A stretch of 64,000 bases of DNA from Candidatus Roizmanbacteria bacterium GW2011_GWA2_35_19 (GTDB lineage Bacteria; Patescibacteriota; Microgenomatia; UBA1406; GWC2-37-13), in contig LBQC01000002.1 in assembly GCA_000990565.1 (NCBI GenBank), forward strand, positions 6,182-70,181. The letters run 5' to 3'. Below, in pieces: positions 45,880-55,100 of this stretch. Position 1 is the stretch's first letter. Each line of letters opens with the position of its first letter. The position numbers and the translations under genes are program-made. The notes under the pieces are model-generated. The model saw only the letters and a list, made by a program, of their open reading frames with translations, was not told the origin of the DNA and did no database searches.

Positions 45880-48804
45880 ATGTTTAAACCAGTTGACCCA
45901 AATATAAATTTTCCTGAGATGGAAAAAAAGTGGCTTGCTCACTGGTATAAAACCGGTGTTGTAAAAAAGTATCTTACAAAAAATAATAAATCTAATAAAT
46001 ATTTTTCTTTCTTAGATGGACCAATAACTGCCAATAATCCAATGGGAGTCCATCACGCTTGGGGACGAACGTATAAGGATTTATGGCCGAAATTTCATAA
46101 TTTATTGGGTTACAAGCAGAGATTTCAAAACGGTTTTGACTGCCAGGGTTTATGGGTCGAAGTTGAGGTAGAAAAAGAATTGGGTTTAAGATCAAAAAAA
46201 GACATTGAGAATTTAGTGCCAGGGGACCGAAAAAAATCAATTGCAAAATTTGTCCAGCTTTGTAAAGACAGAGTGATGAAATTTTCAGCTATCCAGACGG
46301 AACAATCTAAAAGATTGGGATACTTCGCTGATTGGGATCATTCCTATTTCACAATGAGTCCAGAAAATAATTACATGATCTGGCATTTTTTAAAGACATG
46401 CTTTGACCATGGATGGATTTATAAAGGCCATGAATCGGTGCCTTGGTGCCCACGGTGTGAGACTGCAATATCACAGCATGAAATGCTGACAGAGGATTAT
46501 AAAGAACTTGTGCATGAATCAGTAATTCTTGAATTTAAGATCAAAAATTCCTCCTTCGCCAAGGCTTCCCCCTACGTCAAGACTTCGGAGGACAAGTCGG
46601 AGGACAAGCAAAATTCAAAAATAAGTAGCGAATATTTATTAGTGTGGACGACGACGCCGTGGACAATACCTGCTAATATCGCCGTTGCGGTTGATGTAAA
46701 AACTGTAAAAGGTAAAGAGCTTGTTGGGTTAAAATATACCTCTCCTTTTGACAACTTACCGATTGTAAAAGAAGTCGCAGAAGAAAATCCTGATACTTTT
46801 CACACTGTAATACCTACTGATAATCAAATAATGCCGATATCGGCCGCAGAAGGCACGGGCTTAGTACATACTGCAGTAAGCGCCGGTACAGAAGACTTTT
46901 TATTAGGTAAAAAACTTGGACTTCCAATGATACCTGTTATTGCAGACAACGCTGATTATCTTCCCGGACTAGGATTTTTAACTGGAAAAAATGCAAAGAA
47001 ACATCCGGAAATTATATTAGATTTTTTGCGGGAAGAAGATAAAAAAGGAAATGACTGCGTCTTTAGTATTTTTAAATACAAGCACCGTTACCCGGCTTGT
47101 TGGAGATGCAAGACCGAATTAGTTTGGAAAGTCGAGGATGAGTGGTACATCGCGATGGATTTACCATCGCGAAGTCAAAAGTCAACATTGAGGGAAAGAA
47201 TGATGGAGGTGGCAAAGAAAATAAAGTGGATGCCGGAATTTGGATTAGAGCGAGAGCTTGATTGGCTGAAAAATATGCATGATTGGCTTATTTCAAAGAA
47301 AAATCGATATTGGGGTCTAGCTCTTCCAATTTATGAATGTGAGAAATGCGGAAATTTTGAAATAATTGGATCTAAGGAAGAGTTAAAAATACGCGCGGTA
47401 TCCGGCTGGTCAGAATTTGAAGGAAAAACTCCTCATAAGCCATATATAGATGAAGTTAAAATTAAATGTCAAAAATGTGAATCTGTAGTTTCAAGGGTTG
47501 ATGATGTAGGGAATCCATGGCTTGATGCAGGAATCGTAGCATATTCTACAATTGCTGAAAATAATCAGGGAGAACCTTTATATTTAAAAAATAAAAAAGA
47601 ATGGGAAAAATGGTTCCCTGTTGACTTTATTACCGAATCGTTTCCTGGCCAGTTTAAAAACTGGTTTTATGCTTTAATTGCAGAGTCGACCGTACTTGAG
47701 AATAAGCCACCTTTTAAAAGAGTCCTCGGTTTTGGTACTCAACTTGGAGAAGATGGTAGACCGATGCATAAAAGCTGGGGAAATGCGATTGAGTTTAACG
47801 AAGGCGCCGATAAAATTGGAGTTGATGTAATGAGGTGGATGTTTACTCGCCATAACCCTGCCGACAACATGCTATTCGGGTATAAAAAAGCCGACGAAGT
47901 AAGAAGGCAGTTTTATCTTATGCTTTGGAATATATATAAATTTTTCGTTGAATATTCTAATTTAGATGAATGGTCTGGACACCCTCAGGGTGACCAGAAG
48001 CATAGTGGTCACCCTAAGGGTGTCTTGGATAAATGGATTATAAGTCGACTTGCCCAAACAACTCAAAAAGTTGAAGAAAGGATGAGGGAGTTTGATGCTA
48101 AGGATGCAACGCTCGCAATTGAAAAGTTTGTATCAGACCTTTCGACTTGGTTTTTAAGACGAAGTCGTGATCGTGTCTGGGTAAATTCAGATGATGAAAA
48201 AGATAAAAAAGAATTTTATGAAACTTTATATTTTGTCTTAGTTAATCTCTCAATAATTACGTCACCATTTATGCCATTTATTTCTGAGGAAATTTATAAA
48301 AATTTAACGGATGGTGAGTCTGTCCATCTTGAAACATGGCCAAAATTTAATAAAAAAATGGTCGATGATAAATTAATTTTGAATATGGAATTGGCAAGAA
48401 ATATAAGCGAGGCAGGGCATGCAAAGCGAAAAGCCGACGGCCAAAAAGTGAGAATTCCACTTGCTGTGCTTAGCGTAAAACTTGAAGGGAAATTTGATTC
48501 AGTTGTTGACAAAGTTTGGGAATTAATTTTGAAAGAATTAAATGTAAAAAATATTGAGGTTAATGGAAAAAATAAATTTCCTAAAAAATTTATAGAGGTG
48601 TCACCTGATGATTTAGAAAATGAGGGACAACTTAGAGAACTACTTAGAACAATACAATCAAAAAGAAAAGAAATGGGACTTAAGCCAACCGACCATATTA
48701 ATTTGACTATTCCAGATAATTTTTTGGAAAATGTCGAATTCATAAAAAAACGCGTCATGGCACACAAAGTTAGCATCGGGCCTGATATTATGATTTCTAA
48801 ATAA
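45880..48804 (+). CDS. ileS: Isoleucyl-tRNA synthetase (type 2-like) with in-frame palindromic inserts
   Basis: DGPITAN..GVHH, GFDCQGLWVE, WTTTPWT, GTGLVH and MHKSWGN motifs. Confidence 0.95.
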   Translation: MFKPVDPNINFPEMEKKWLAHWYKTGVVKKYLTKNNKSNKYFSFLDGPITANNPMGVHHAWGRTYKDLWPKFHNLLGYKQRFQNGFDCQGLWVEVEVEKELGLRSKKDIENLVPGDRKKSIAKFVQLCKDRVMKFSAIQTEQSKRLGYFADWDHSYFTMSPENNYMIWHFLKTCFDHGWIYKGHESVPWCPRCETAISQHEMLTEDYKELVHESVILEFKIKNSSFAKASPYVKTSEDKSEDKQNSKISSEYLLVWTTTPWTIPANIAVAVDVKTVKGKELVGLKYTSPFDNLPIVKEVAEENPDTFHTVIPTDNQIMPISAAEGTGLVHTAVSAGTEDFLLGKKLGLPMIPVIADNADYLPGLGFLTGKNAKKHPEIILDFLREEDKKGNDCVFSIFKYKHRYPACWRCKTELVWKVEDEWYIAMDLPSRSQKSTLRERMMEVAKKIKWMPEFGLERELDWLKNMHDWLISKKNRYWGLALPIYECEKCGNFEIIGSKEELKIRAVSGWSEFEGKTPHKPYIDEVKIKCQKCESVVSRVDDVGNPWLDAGIVAYSTIAENNQGEPLYLKNKKEWEKWFPVDFITESFPGQFKNWFYALIAESTVLENKPPFKRVLGFGTQLGEDGRPMHKSWGNAIEFNEGADKIGVDVMRWMFTRHNPADNMLFGYKKADEVRRQFYLMLWNIYKFFVEYSNLDEWSGHPQGDQKHSGHPKGVLDKWIISRLAQTTQKVEERMREFDAKDATLAIEKFVSDLSTWFLRRSRDRVWVNSDDEKDKKEFYETLYFVLVNLSIITSPFMPFISEEIYKNLTDGESVHLETWPKFNKKMVDDKLILNMELARNISEAGHAKRKADGQKVRIPLAVLSVKLEGKFDSVVDKVWELILKELNVKNIEVNGKNKFPKKFIEVSPDDLENEGQLRELLRTIQSKRKEMGLKPTDHINLTIPDNFLENVEFIKKRVMAHKVSIGPDIMISK
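47978..48024. repeat. REPIN-like inverted REP doublet in frame inside ileS
   Basis: GACACCCTCAGGGTGACC, an 11-bp spacer, then GGTCACCCTAAGGGTGTC. Confidence 0.8.
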
Positions 48805-49835
48805 TGGAGATATTAATTCCTTCCATTTTACTATCGGTATTTGGACTTTTTAATCTTTTTGGACTAAGCCAAGACCTTTTTTTTAAACAACTAGTTTTTT
48901 TTCTAATAACATTTATTGTCTATTTTATTATAAAGTCCATGGGTCGAAATTTCTTTAAACTTAACTCCAGTTTTTTTTACTGGCTATTGATCGCAATACT
49001 AATAGTTACCTATATCATCGGCCTTGAAGTCAAAGGCTCAAAACGTTGGCTGGATTTATATTTTTTTAATTTTCAGGCGAGTGAATTTTTTAAGGTTGTC
49101 TTCGTCCTTTTTATGGCAAATTATTTTAGAGGAAAAAAGCTCCTCGAAAACAACCTCTCATTTTTTTTAAAAAGCTTTTTATATTTTATTGTGCCGGCTT
49201 TTATAATATTTAAACAACCGGACCTTGGTAACGCGGCGGTTTTTGCCTTTATATATTTGGTAATAATAATTTTTTCAGATCAGCCAAAAAGATATTTGTT
49301 ATATTTATTTTCTATGACCGGTCTTCTTGCGCCTGTTGGGTGGCTCTTCCTTAAAGGTTATCAAAAAGCAAGGATTGCAAGTTTTTTGAATCCACATCTT
49401 GACATTGAGGGGACCTCGTACAACATGATACAGGCAGTCATCACAATCGGGTCTGGCGGTTTTTTTGGTAAAGGACTTGGACTTGGCACCCAGTCCCGAC
49501 TATATTTTTTACCAGAAAATACTACAGATTTTGCCTTTGCCTCGCTAGTTGAACAGTTTGGATTTGTAGGCGGATTTTTCGTAATATTTTTATACGGTTT
49601 AATAATTTATGCGCTTGCAAAAAAAATAATAAAATATTATTTTCAAAACGATATCGAAAATAAAATTAAATTTCTTTATTGTCTAGGTATTCTTTCATAC
49701 TTTGTTTTTCAGGTAGTTATAAATATTGGAATGAATATGGGCCTGCTTCCGATTGCCGGTATTGCTTTGCCATTCATATCATATGGAGGATCATCAGTAC
49801 TTGCGCTTATGATAGGCTTTGCTCTATTGCCTTAA
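48804..49835 (+). CDS. rodA: Rod shape-determining protein RodA (SEDS family)
   Basis: GSKRW, QASEFFK, QPDLG, LPENTTDF and LPFISYGGS motifs; second SEDS gene, outside the dcw cluster. Confidence 0.9.
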   Translation: MEILIPSILLSVFGLFNLFGLSQDLFFKQLVFFLITFIVYFIIKSMGRNFFKLNSSFFYWLLIAILIVTYIIGLEVKGSKRWLDLYFFNFQASEFFKVVFVLFMANYFRGKKLLENNLSFFLKSFLYFIVPAFIIFKQPDLGNAAVFAFIYLVIIIFSDQPKRYLLYLFSMTGLLAPVGWLFLKGYQKARIASFLNPHLDIEGTSYNMIQAVITIGSGGFFGKGLGLGTQSRLYFLPENTTDFAFASLVEQFGFVGGFFVIFLYGLIIYALAKKIIKYYFQNDIENKIKFLYCLGILSYFVFQVVINIGMNMGLLPIAGIALPFISYGGSSVLALMIGFALLP

Positions 49836-49881
49836 AAATGATGATTGCAGAATGCGTTTTATAATGTATAATTTATAGATT

Positions 49882-50193
49882 ATGGTAACTTTTGCAGTCG
49901 TTAAAACAGGCGGACAACAATTTTTAGTTAAGGAAAACGATGTTATAACGGTATCAAAGCTTGAGAAAAAAGAGAAAGAAAAAATAGAACTCGAAACGTT
50001 GGCTATATTTGATGATGAGGGGAAAAGCATAGAAATCGGGACTCCATATTTAACAAAAAAAGTGAGTGTGGAAATAATCGCTCAGGGAAAAGGACTGAAG
50101 ATTAGAGTTGCAAGATTTAAGGCTAAAAGCAGATACCGAAAAGTAACCGGCTTTCGACCACAGTTAACAAGTTTGAAAATATTGAAAATTTGA
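49882..50193 (+). CDS. rplU: 50S ribosomal protein L21
   Basis: FAVVKTGGQQF and KSRYRKVTGFRP motifs. Confidence 0.96.
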   Translation: MVTFAVVKTGGQQFLVKENDVITVSKLEKKEKEKIELETLAIFDDEGKSIEIGTPYLTKKVSVEIIAQGKGLKIRVARFKAKSRYRKVTGFRPQLTSLKILKI

Positions 50194-50242
50194 TGTTAAA
50201 AATTCAATGAAAATTGAAAATTTCAAATTGAAAATTTAAAAA

Positions 50243-50488
50243 ATGGCTCATACAAAAGCACAAAAAACAGTTAAAGGAAATCGAGACTCAAGAAGCAAAA
50301 GACTTGGAGTCAAGATTTATGGAGCGCAAGCTGTAAATCCAGGTAATATAATTATCCGCCAAAGAGGAACAAAGGTAAACGCAGGTCCCGGCACAATGCT
50401 TGGTCGTGACTTCACCATCATGTCTCTCAAAAAGGGAATCGTAAAATTCTACAAAAAGTTGGGAGACGTCTTCGTAAGAGTTGACTGA
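50243..50488 (+). CDS. rpmA: 50S ribosomal protein L27
   Basis: MAHTKA..NRDSRSKRLGVK..GNIIIRQRGT. Confidence 0.97.
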   Translation: MAHTKAQKTVKGNRDSRSKRLGVKIYGAQAVNPGNIIIRQRGTKVNAGPGTMLGRDFTIMSLKKGIVKFYKKLGDVFVRVD

Positions 50489-50553
50489 ATAAGTTCTTAT
50501 AGTCTATATAGTCGAAAGTCTATAAAGTTTTTATTCTGGTGTAAAATATTAGC

Positions 50554-51096
50554 ATGAATGAAAATATTGACGAGATAATACAACAAATAAAAGATGAAAA
50601 AGATGTATTTAGTAAAGCAAAGCTAATAAGATTTTTAATGAGAGAAAAAAACATCAAGGTAAAAGAAATTGCCACAAAACTAAATATTAATTCTTCTTAT
50701 GTTAGTCATTACAACAGAATTTATAAACTACCTGATTTAGTAGTTGATGGTTATTATTCAAAGCTTATTAGCATAAGTCATTTATTTGTTATTTCCCGAA
50801 TTAAAGATCCAAAGAAAATTGTTGAAGTTTATGAAAAAGTATTGGAAAGAAATTTAAATATACTTCAAACTGAGGATTTAATCCGTGAGCAACTGTATGA
50901 GATAAAATCTTATGGGATTTATTTAAAAGACAAAGTTAAAAAAGAAATAATCTTAAATCTTATTAAGAGATATCCTTCTATAAAAATGAAAATAATTCAG
51001 ACAAAAGTTAAAGGAAAAATAATTATCGAAATCCCTGGCAATCTTGAAAAAACCTCAAAATTAATAAGAGAGTTTTTATCTGATAGAGCGAGGTAA
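50554..51096 (+). CDS. ParB-like HTH protein lacking the N-terminal CTPase domain
   Basis: KEIATKLNINSSYVSHYNRIYKLP...ISISH resembles the ParB/Spo0J HTH region. Confidence 0.7.
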   Translation: MNENIDEIIQQIKDEKDVFSKAKLIRFLMREKNIKVKEIATKLNINSSYVSHYNRIYKLPDLVVDGYYSKLISISHLFVISRIKDPKKIVEVYEKVLERNLNILQTEDLIREQLYEIKSYGIYLKDKVKKEIILNLIKRYPSIKMKIIQTKVKGKIIIEIPGNLEKTSKLIREFLSDRAR

Positions 51097-51645
51097 AGGA
51101 TTTACAATTGCACCAACACTATTTGTTGGAAAATATCGGTAGAATACTTGGCCAATCATGCTTTGGGCGGGTACTGCACAAAATTCTCTTGAATCCGAAG
51201 ATCTTGGGCGATTGTCTCCCATTACAAAAAGTTCACCATCGGGCACGCTATATTCAACGTTATTTTTTATGCAACCGGTGTCCCATAGATTAGTCGTTGC
51301 AGAAATATAATTTTCTGTAATCACTTGACCATTAACTGACACGGCTCCATCGTTAATATTTATTTTGTCTCCTGGAAGTCCAATAATTCTCTTGATGTAT
51401 TCTATATCGGGATTTTTAGGGGACTTAAATACAACGACATCACCGCGCTCTGGCCTTCTGAATTTATAGGTAACTCGAGATGTTAAAATATAATCACCTG
51501 ATATAAATGTCGGCTCCATCGAAGCACCCTTAACTTGATTTGGTGTAAGAATAAATAAGTAGACGACAATAAAAAGTGAGCCAATGAATACAATCGTTTC
51601 TAAAATATCCATCACAAAATCAATGACATTTTTTACTAGACCCAT
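51076..51645 (-). CDS. lepB: Signal peptidase I
   Basis: GASMEPT, RGDVVVF, YIKRIIGLPGD and MGDNR..SSDSR motifs. Confidence 0.96.
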   Translation of the reverse strand: MGLVKNVIDFVMDILETIVFIGSLFIVVYLFILTPNQVKGASMEPTFISGDYILTSRVTYKFRRPERGDVVVFKSPKNPDIEYIKRIIGLPGDKININDGAVSVNGQVITENYISATTNLWDTGCIKNNVEYSVPDGELFVMGDNRPRSSDSREFCAVPAQSMIGQVFYRYFPTNSVGAIVNPLPRSIR

Positions 51646-51709
51646 AACTTTTCATTTTAAGAAAAGATATGTTAAAAAACAAGGGATTATATATAATACA
51701 TATATAGTT

Positions 51710-51910
51710 GGATCGTTAGCTCAGCGGTAGACCTGCCCGACTTGCCGAGGACCTGTAGCTCAGTTGGCTAGAGCGTTGCATTCACATTGCAGATGTCAGA
51801 GGTTCGAGTCCTCTCAGGTCCACAAGTCAAGGCAGGCGGGGCGCTGCATTCACATTGCAGATGTCGTAGGTTCAAACCTGCCTGCCGGCAGGCAGGTCCT
51901 GCACAATCCA
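51710..51910 (+). tRNA. tRNA-Val(CAC) interrupted by two palindromic insertions (51732-51840 and 51877-51896)
   Basis: Removing both inserts gives the 72-nt sequence GGATCGTTAGCTCAGCGGTAGAGCGCTGCATTCACATTGCAGATGTCGTAGGTTCAAATCCTGCACAATCCA. It folds as a full cloverleaf with one acceptor-stem mismatch. Confidence 0.75.
51749..51822 (+). tRNA. tRNA-Val(CAC), intact
   Basis: Acceptor stem GGACCTG/CAGGTCC, D arm GCTC/GAGC, anticodon loop TTCACAT, T arm AGAGG-TTCGAGT-CCTCT. Confidence 0.93.
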
Positions 51911-51913
51911 CTA

Positions 51914-52065
51914 TTGCATTCACACCTGCCCGCCTTGCTTCGCAAAGCGATGCTGGTGGGTTGAAGAGGTCGGGGTTTCCGCCAAAGGCGGATTAACTGA
52001 CAGTAAGACTCTCCGCCAACTGGCGGATCGTTAACTGTCAGTTGAACAAGTCCCTCAACGGTCAC
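51914..52065 (+). pseudogene. Third tRNA-Val(CAC) remnant (3' half) with palindromic insertions
   Basis: TTGCATTCACA-[36-bp insert]-TTGAAGAGGTCGGGGTT-[nested hairpins]-CAAGTCCCTCAACGGTCA, followed by a T run. Confidence 0.55.
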
Positions 52066-52144
52066 TTTTTTTGCTCTATTGATTTCATAAAAAGATGCTG
52101 TATACTAGTACAACGTTAGTAATAGTTTAGATTGATGCGCGAGC

Positions 52145-52173
52145 TTGACATTAAAAATATTAGGTGATATAAT
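52145..52173 (+). promoter_or_regulatory. Consensus sigma70 promoter
   Basis: TTGACA-17 bp-TATAAT upstream of the giant surface protein frame. Confidence 0.85.
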
Positions 52174-55100
52174 CAGCGAGAAATAGCCGAAATTACATCT
52201 TCAGTTGAAATAACACCAACTGATGAACCAACCCCAACACAAGAAATCAGCGTCGAACCAACTCAAGAAGTTACACCAACAGTAGAAGTCCTTCCAACAA
52301 TCGAGGTAACCATTGAGCCAACAGTTGAATCAACACCGATCCCAACAGAAACTCCGGTCATTGTTCCTGAAGTTACAACCGAAGTAAGTCCGACAATAGT
52401 TGTAGAGACACCTTTGCAATCCGTCCAGGACACAACGCCGGCACCTAATCCACTAGAAGTCACCAATTCACCTTCACCTCCACAACCTTCACCAACAGAA
52501 GTTATCACGACACATTTAGTCAATGGAGTCGTCGAGACAGCCTTAGTTGAAAGCTACTCATGCCGCGCCGATTCTTTAAACGGGTGTTTAGTTACAGATA
52601 AACCAGATTACGCTCCAACAGATGTAGCTGTAATCACAGGCCATGGTTTTTCAGCAAACACCAGTTACACCCTACGGGTGCTATCTTCAGATCAACCGGC
52701 GGTTGATTCAGAATACCAAATAACAACTGATGTGAATGGTAGTTTTACATATAGTTATCAACTAGATGGAAACTACAGACCAAACTATCTAGTAGAACTA
52801 AAAGATTCTTTTGGCTTTGTCGTTGCCTCAGTGACTTTTACGGATACAGCAAGCTCATCAATATTAGCAACAACAGTTGGTAATTATGATCAGTGGACTG
52901 CAAATTCCGGTACCAAAGAAACCGCTGTTTCAGCTAATGATGGTGATACGACTTATATAACCAACAGCACGAACGCTCAAAGACAATCATTTGTTTTTTC
53001 AAATGCAGGAGTGCCAGCTGGAGCAACAATTAATTCTGTAACACTTTATGCAATTGCTAAAGAGGGAGAGGGTGGATCTAAACTCAAACTTTTAGTTGAA
53101 AAAGGGACTCTAGTTACAGATAGAAGTTTAGGAAGTGATAATAATTTAACAGGTAGTTATGTTGCATACAGTCGCGCAATGACAACTAATCCTTTTACCG
53201 GGGTTGCTTGGTCACTAGCTGAAGTAAATGGTTGGACAGTAAAATTTGGTGTAGAAAATGGAGCAAATAAAATTGCAAGGGTTTCTCAACTATATTTAAT
53301 AATTGATTATACTGAAGCCGGTCCGACTACAACACCAACAAACACGCCAATTCCAACATCTACACCTACAAATACACCAACTCCGACGGTTACGCCTACT
53401 CCGACATCCGCATCAACTCCCACACCAACTATTTCATCGACACCTTCAGGTGTACAAACGGCCATTGGAAGCTGTGTTGAAGATGCTTACGGATCAAATC
53501 TAAATTGTACAGCTAACGATGTATCTATCGCTAACGTAACGGGTATTACCGTTACTGATGATTGTGATTTTCCAGGCGACACAGCCACTTTTACGGCTAC
53601 TTGGAACGTTCAGTCGACAGCCACCGAGCGCTATAATATTGGTCTATATTTTGCTTCACAGGGCCAAACAAGCGCAATGAATGGCACATGCTCAGTCTCA
53701 ACATTGGCTAATAGCCCTGTTCCTCCAAACTATAATTTCGATGGTAACGCTTGTGGAGATATAAGTAGTTCTGCAATGGTTAACCCGGTCATAACAATGA
53801 CGGTTCAATGTGATGATCCAGACGGTGACAATGTACTAAACCTTCCTTACTGTACAAGTTGGAATCAAAACTCAGGTGAAAACATATCATGTTCAGTCCC
53901 AGGAGATGCGATTCCAGGCGCTCCATCGAAATGTAACTGTCAAGACGGTTTTGAACTTCCAATCGTAGTTCCTTTTGAAGCTAAAATTGAGGTTAAAAAA
54001 ACCTTATCACCAACCGATGATCCAGGAAGATTTAATTTGCAAGTTAATGGATCGGATGAAGTAAGCTGTGTTGGAAATAATGGAACAACTGGCCAAGTGA
54101 CAGTTGGAGCAGGGACAAGCTCAAGTCCTGGCGCAACTCACTCAGTCGGAGAAACGGCTTGTACAAGTCCAGCCACGGATCTATCAGACTATAATTCTTC
54201 AATCATCTGTGTTGATAGAGGACTATCAACTTTTGATGGTGGAGCCGCTTTGACACAAAGCGGAACCGGACCATTAAATGTTGACGTTGATAAAGACGAT
54301 GACATAGTATGTACAATCACAAACACACAAAAACAGGGAACTTTGATAGTTAAAAAGGTGGTAGTAAATGATAATGGTGGGACAAAAACTGCCTCCGATT
54401 TTACATTTTCAGTCAATGGTGATACTGCAGTTGCATTTGAAGCTGATGGGCAAAATGATTTAACGGTTGATTCTGGAAATTATACAGTCATAGAACCAGC
54501 GGTATCAGGCTATGTAACGACTTATGACAATTGTACTGACGTCGCAGTCTCGCCTGGTGGAAGTGCAACCTGCACAATCACAAATGACGATATTCAACCA
54601 ATGCTTACTGTCACTAAAGTAGTTATTAATGACAACGGTGGAACTGCAAGTGATTCAGCTTGGACTCTTACTGCGACCGGTACTTTGGTATCACCAACTA
54701 ATTTAAGTGGAACAACCCCAGTTGATAGTGACAGTACTTTTAAAGCTGATACTTATACTCTAGCTGAAACTGGCGGACCAATAGGTTATACCGCTTCATC
54801 ATGGGTCTGTGTCGGTGGAACTCAAAATGGAGATGAGATAACCGTAAATATTGGCGATGATATCACTTGTACAATCACAAATGATGACCAAACAGGAAGA
54901 TTGGTTGTAAAAAAGATCCTCGTAAATGATGATGGTGGGAACAAAGATTTTGAGGATTTTTCTTACAAAGTAAATGGCGGATCTTCGGTACTTTTTGACA
55001 CTGACGGTCAAAATGAGTCAACTGTTGATTCAGGCAACTATACCATAGTTGAAGATCCAGAAACTGGATATGCTACTACTTATGATAATTGTGATAGTGT

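Noticed and set aside
47150-47172. 9-bp perfect hairpin TCGCGATGG-ATTTA-CCATCGCGA in ileS
   Set aside because: It is a single copy and its left arm encodes conserved residues (IAMD), so it could be chance.
51732-51840. Group I intron in the tRNA
   Set aside because: It is far too short, has no group I core elements, and is not at an anticodon-loop position.
51764-52065. Short ORFs 51764-51964, 51787-51996 and 51850-52065
   Set aside because: They overlie tRNA sequence and GC-rich palindromes, which explains the lack of stop codons.
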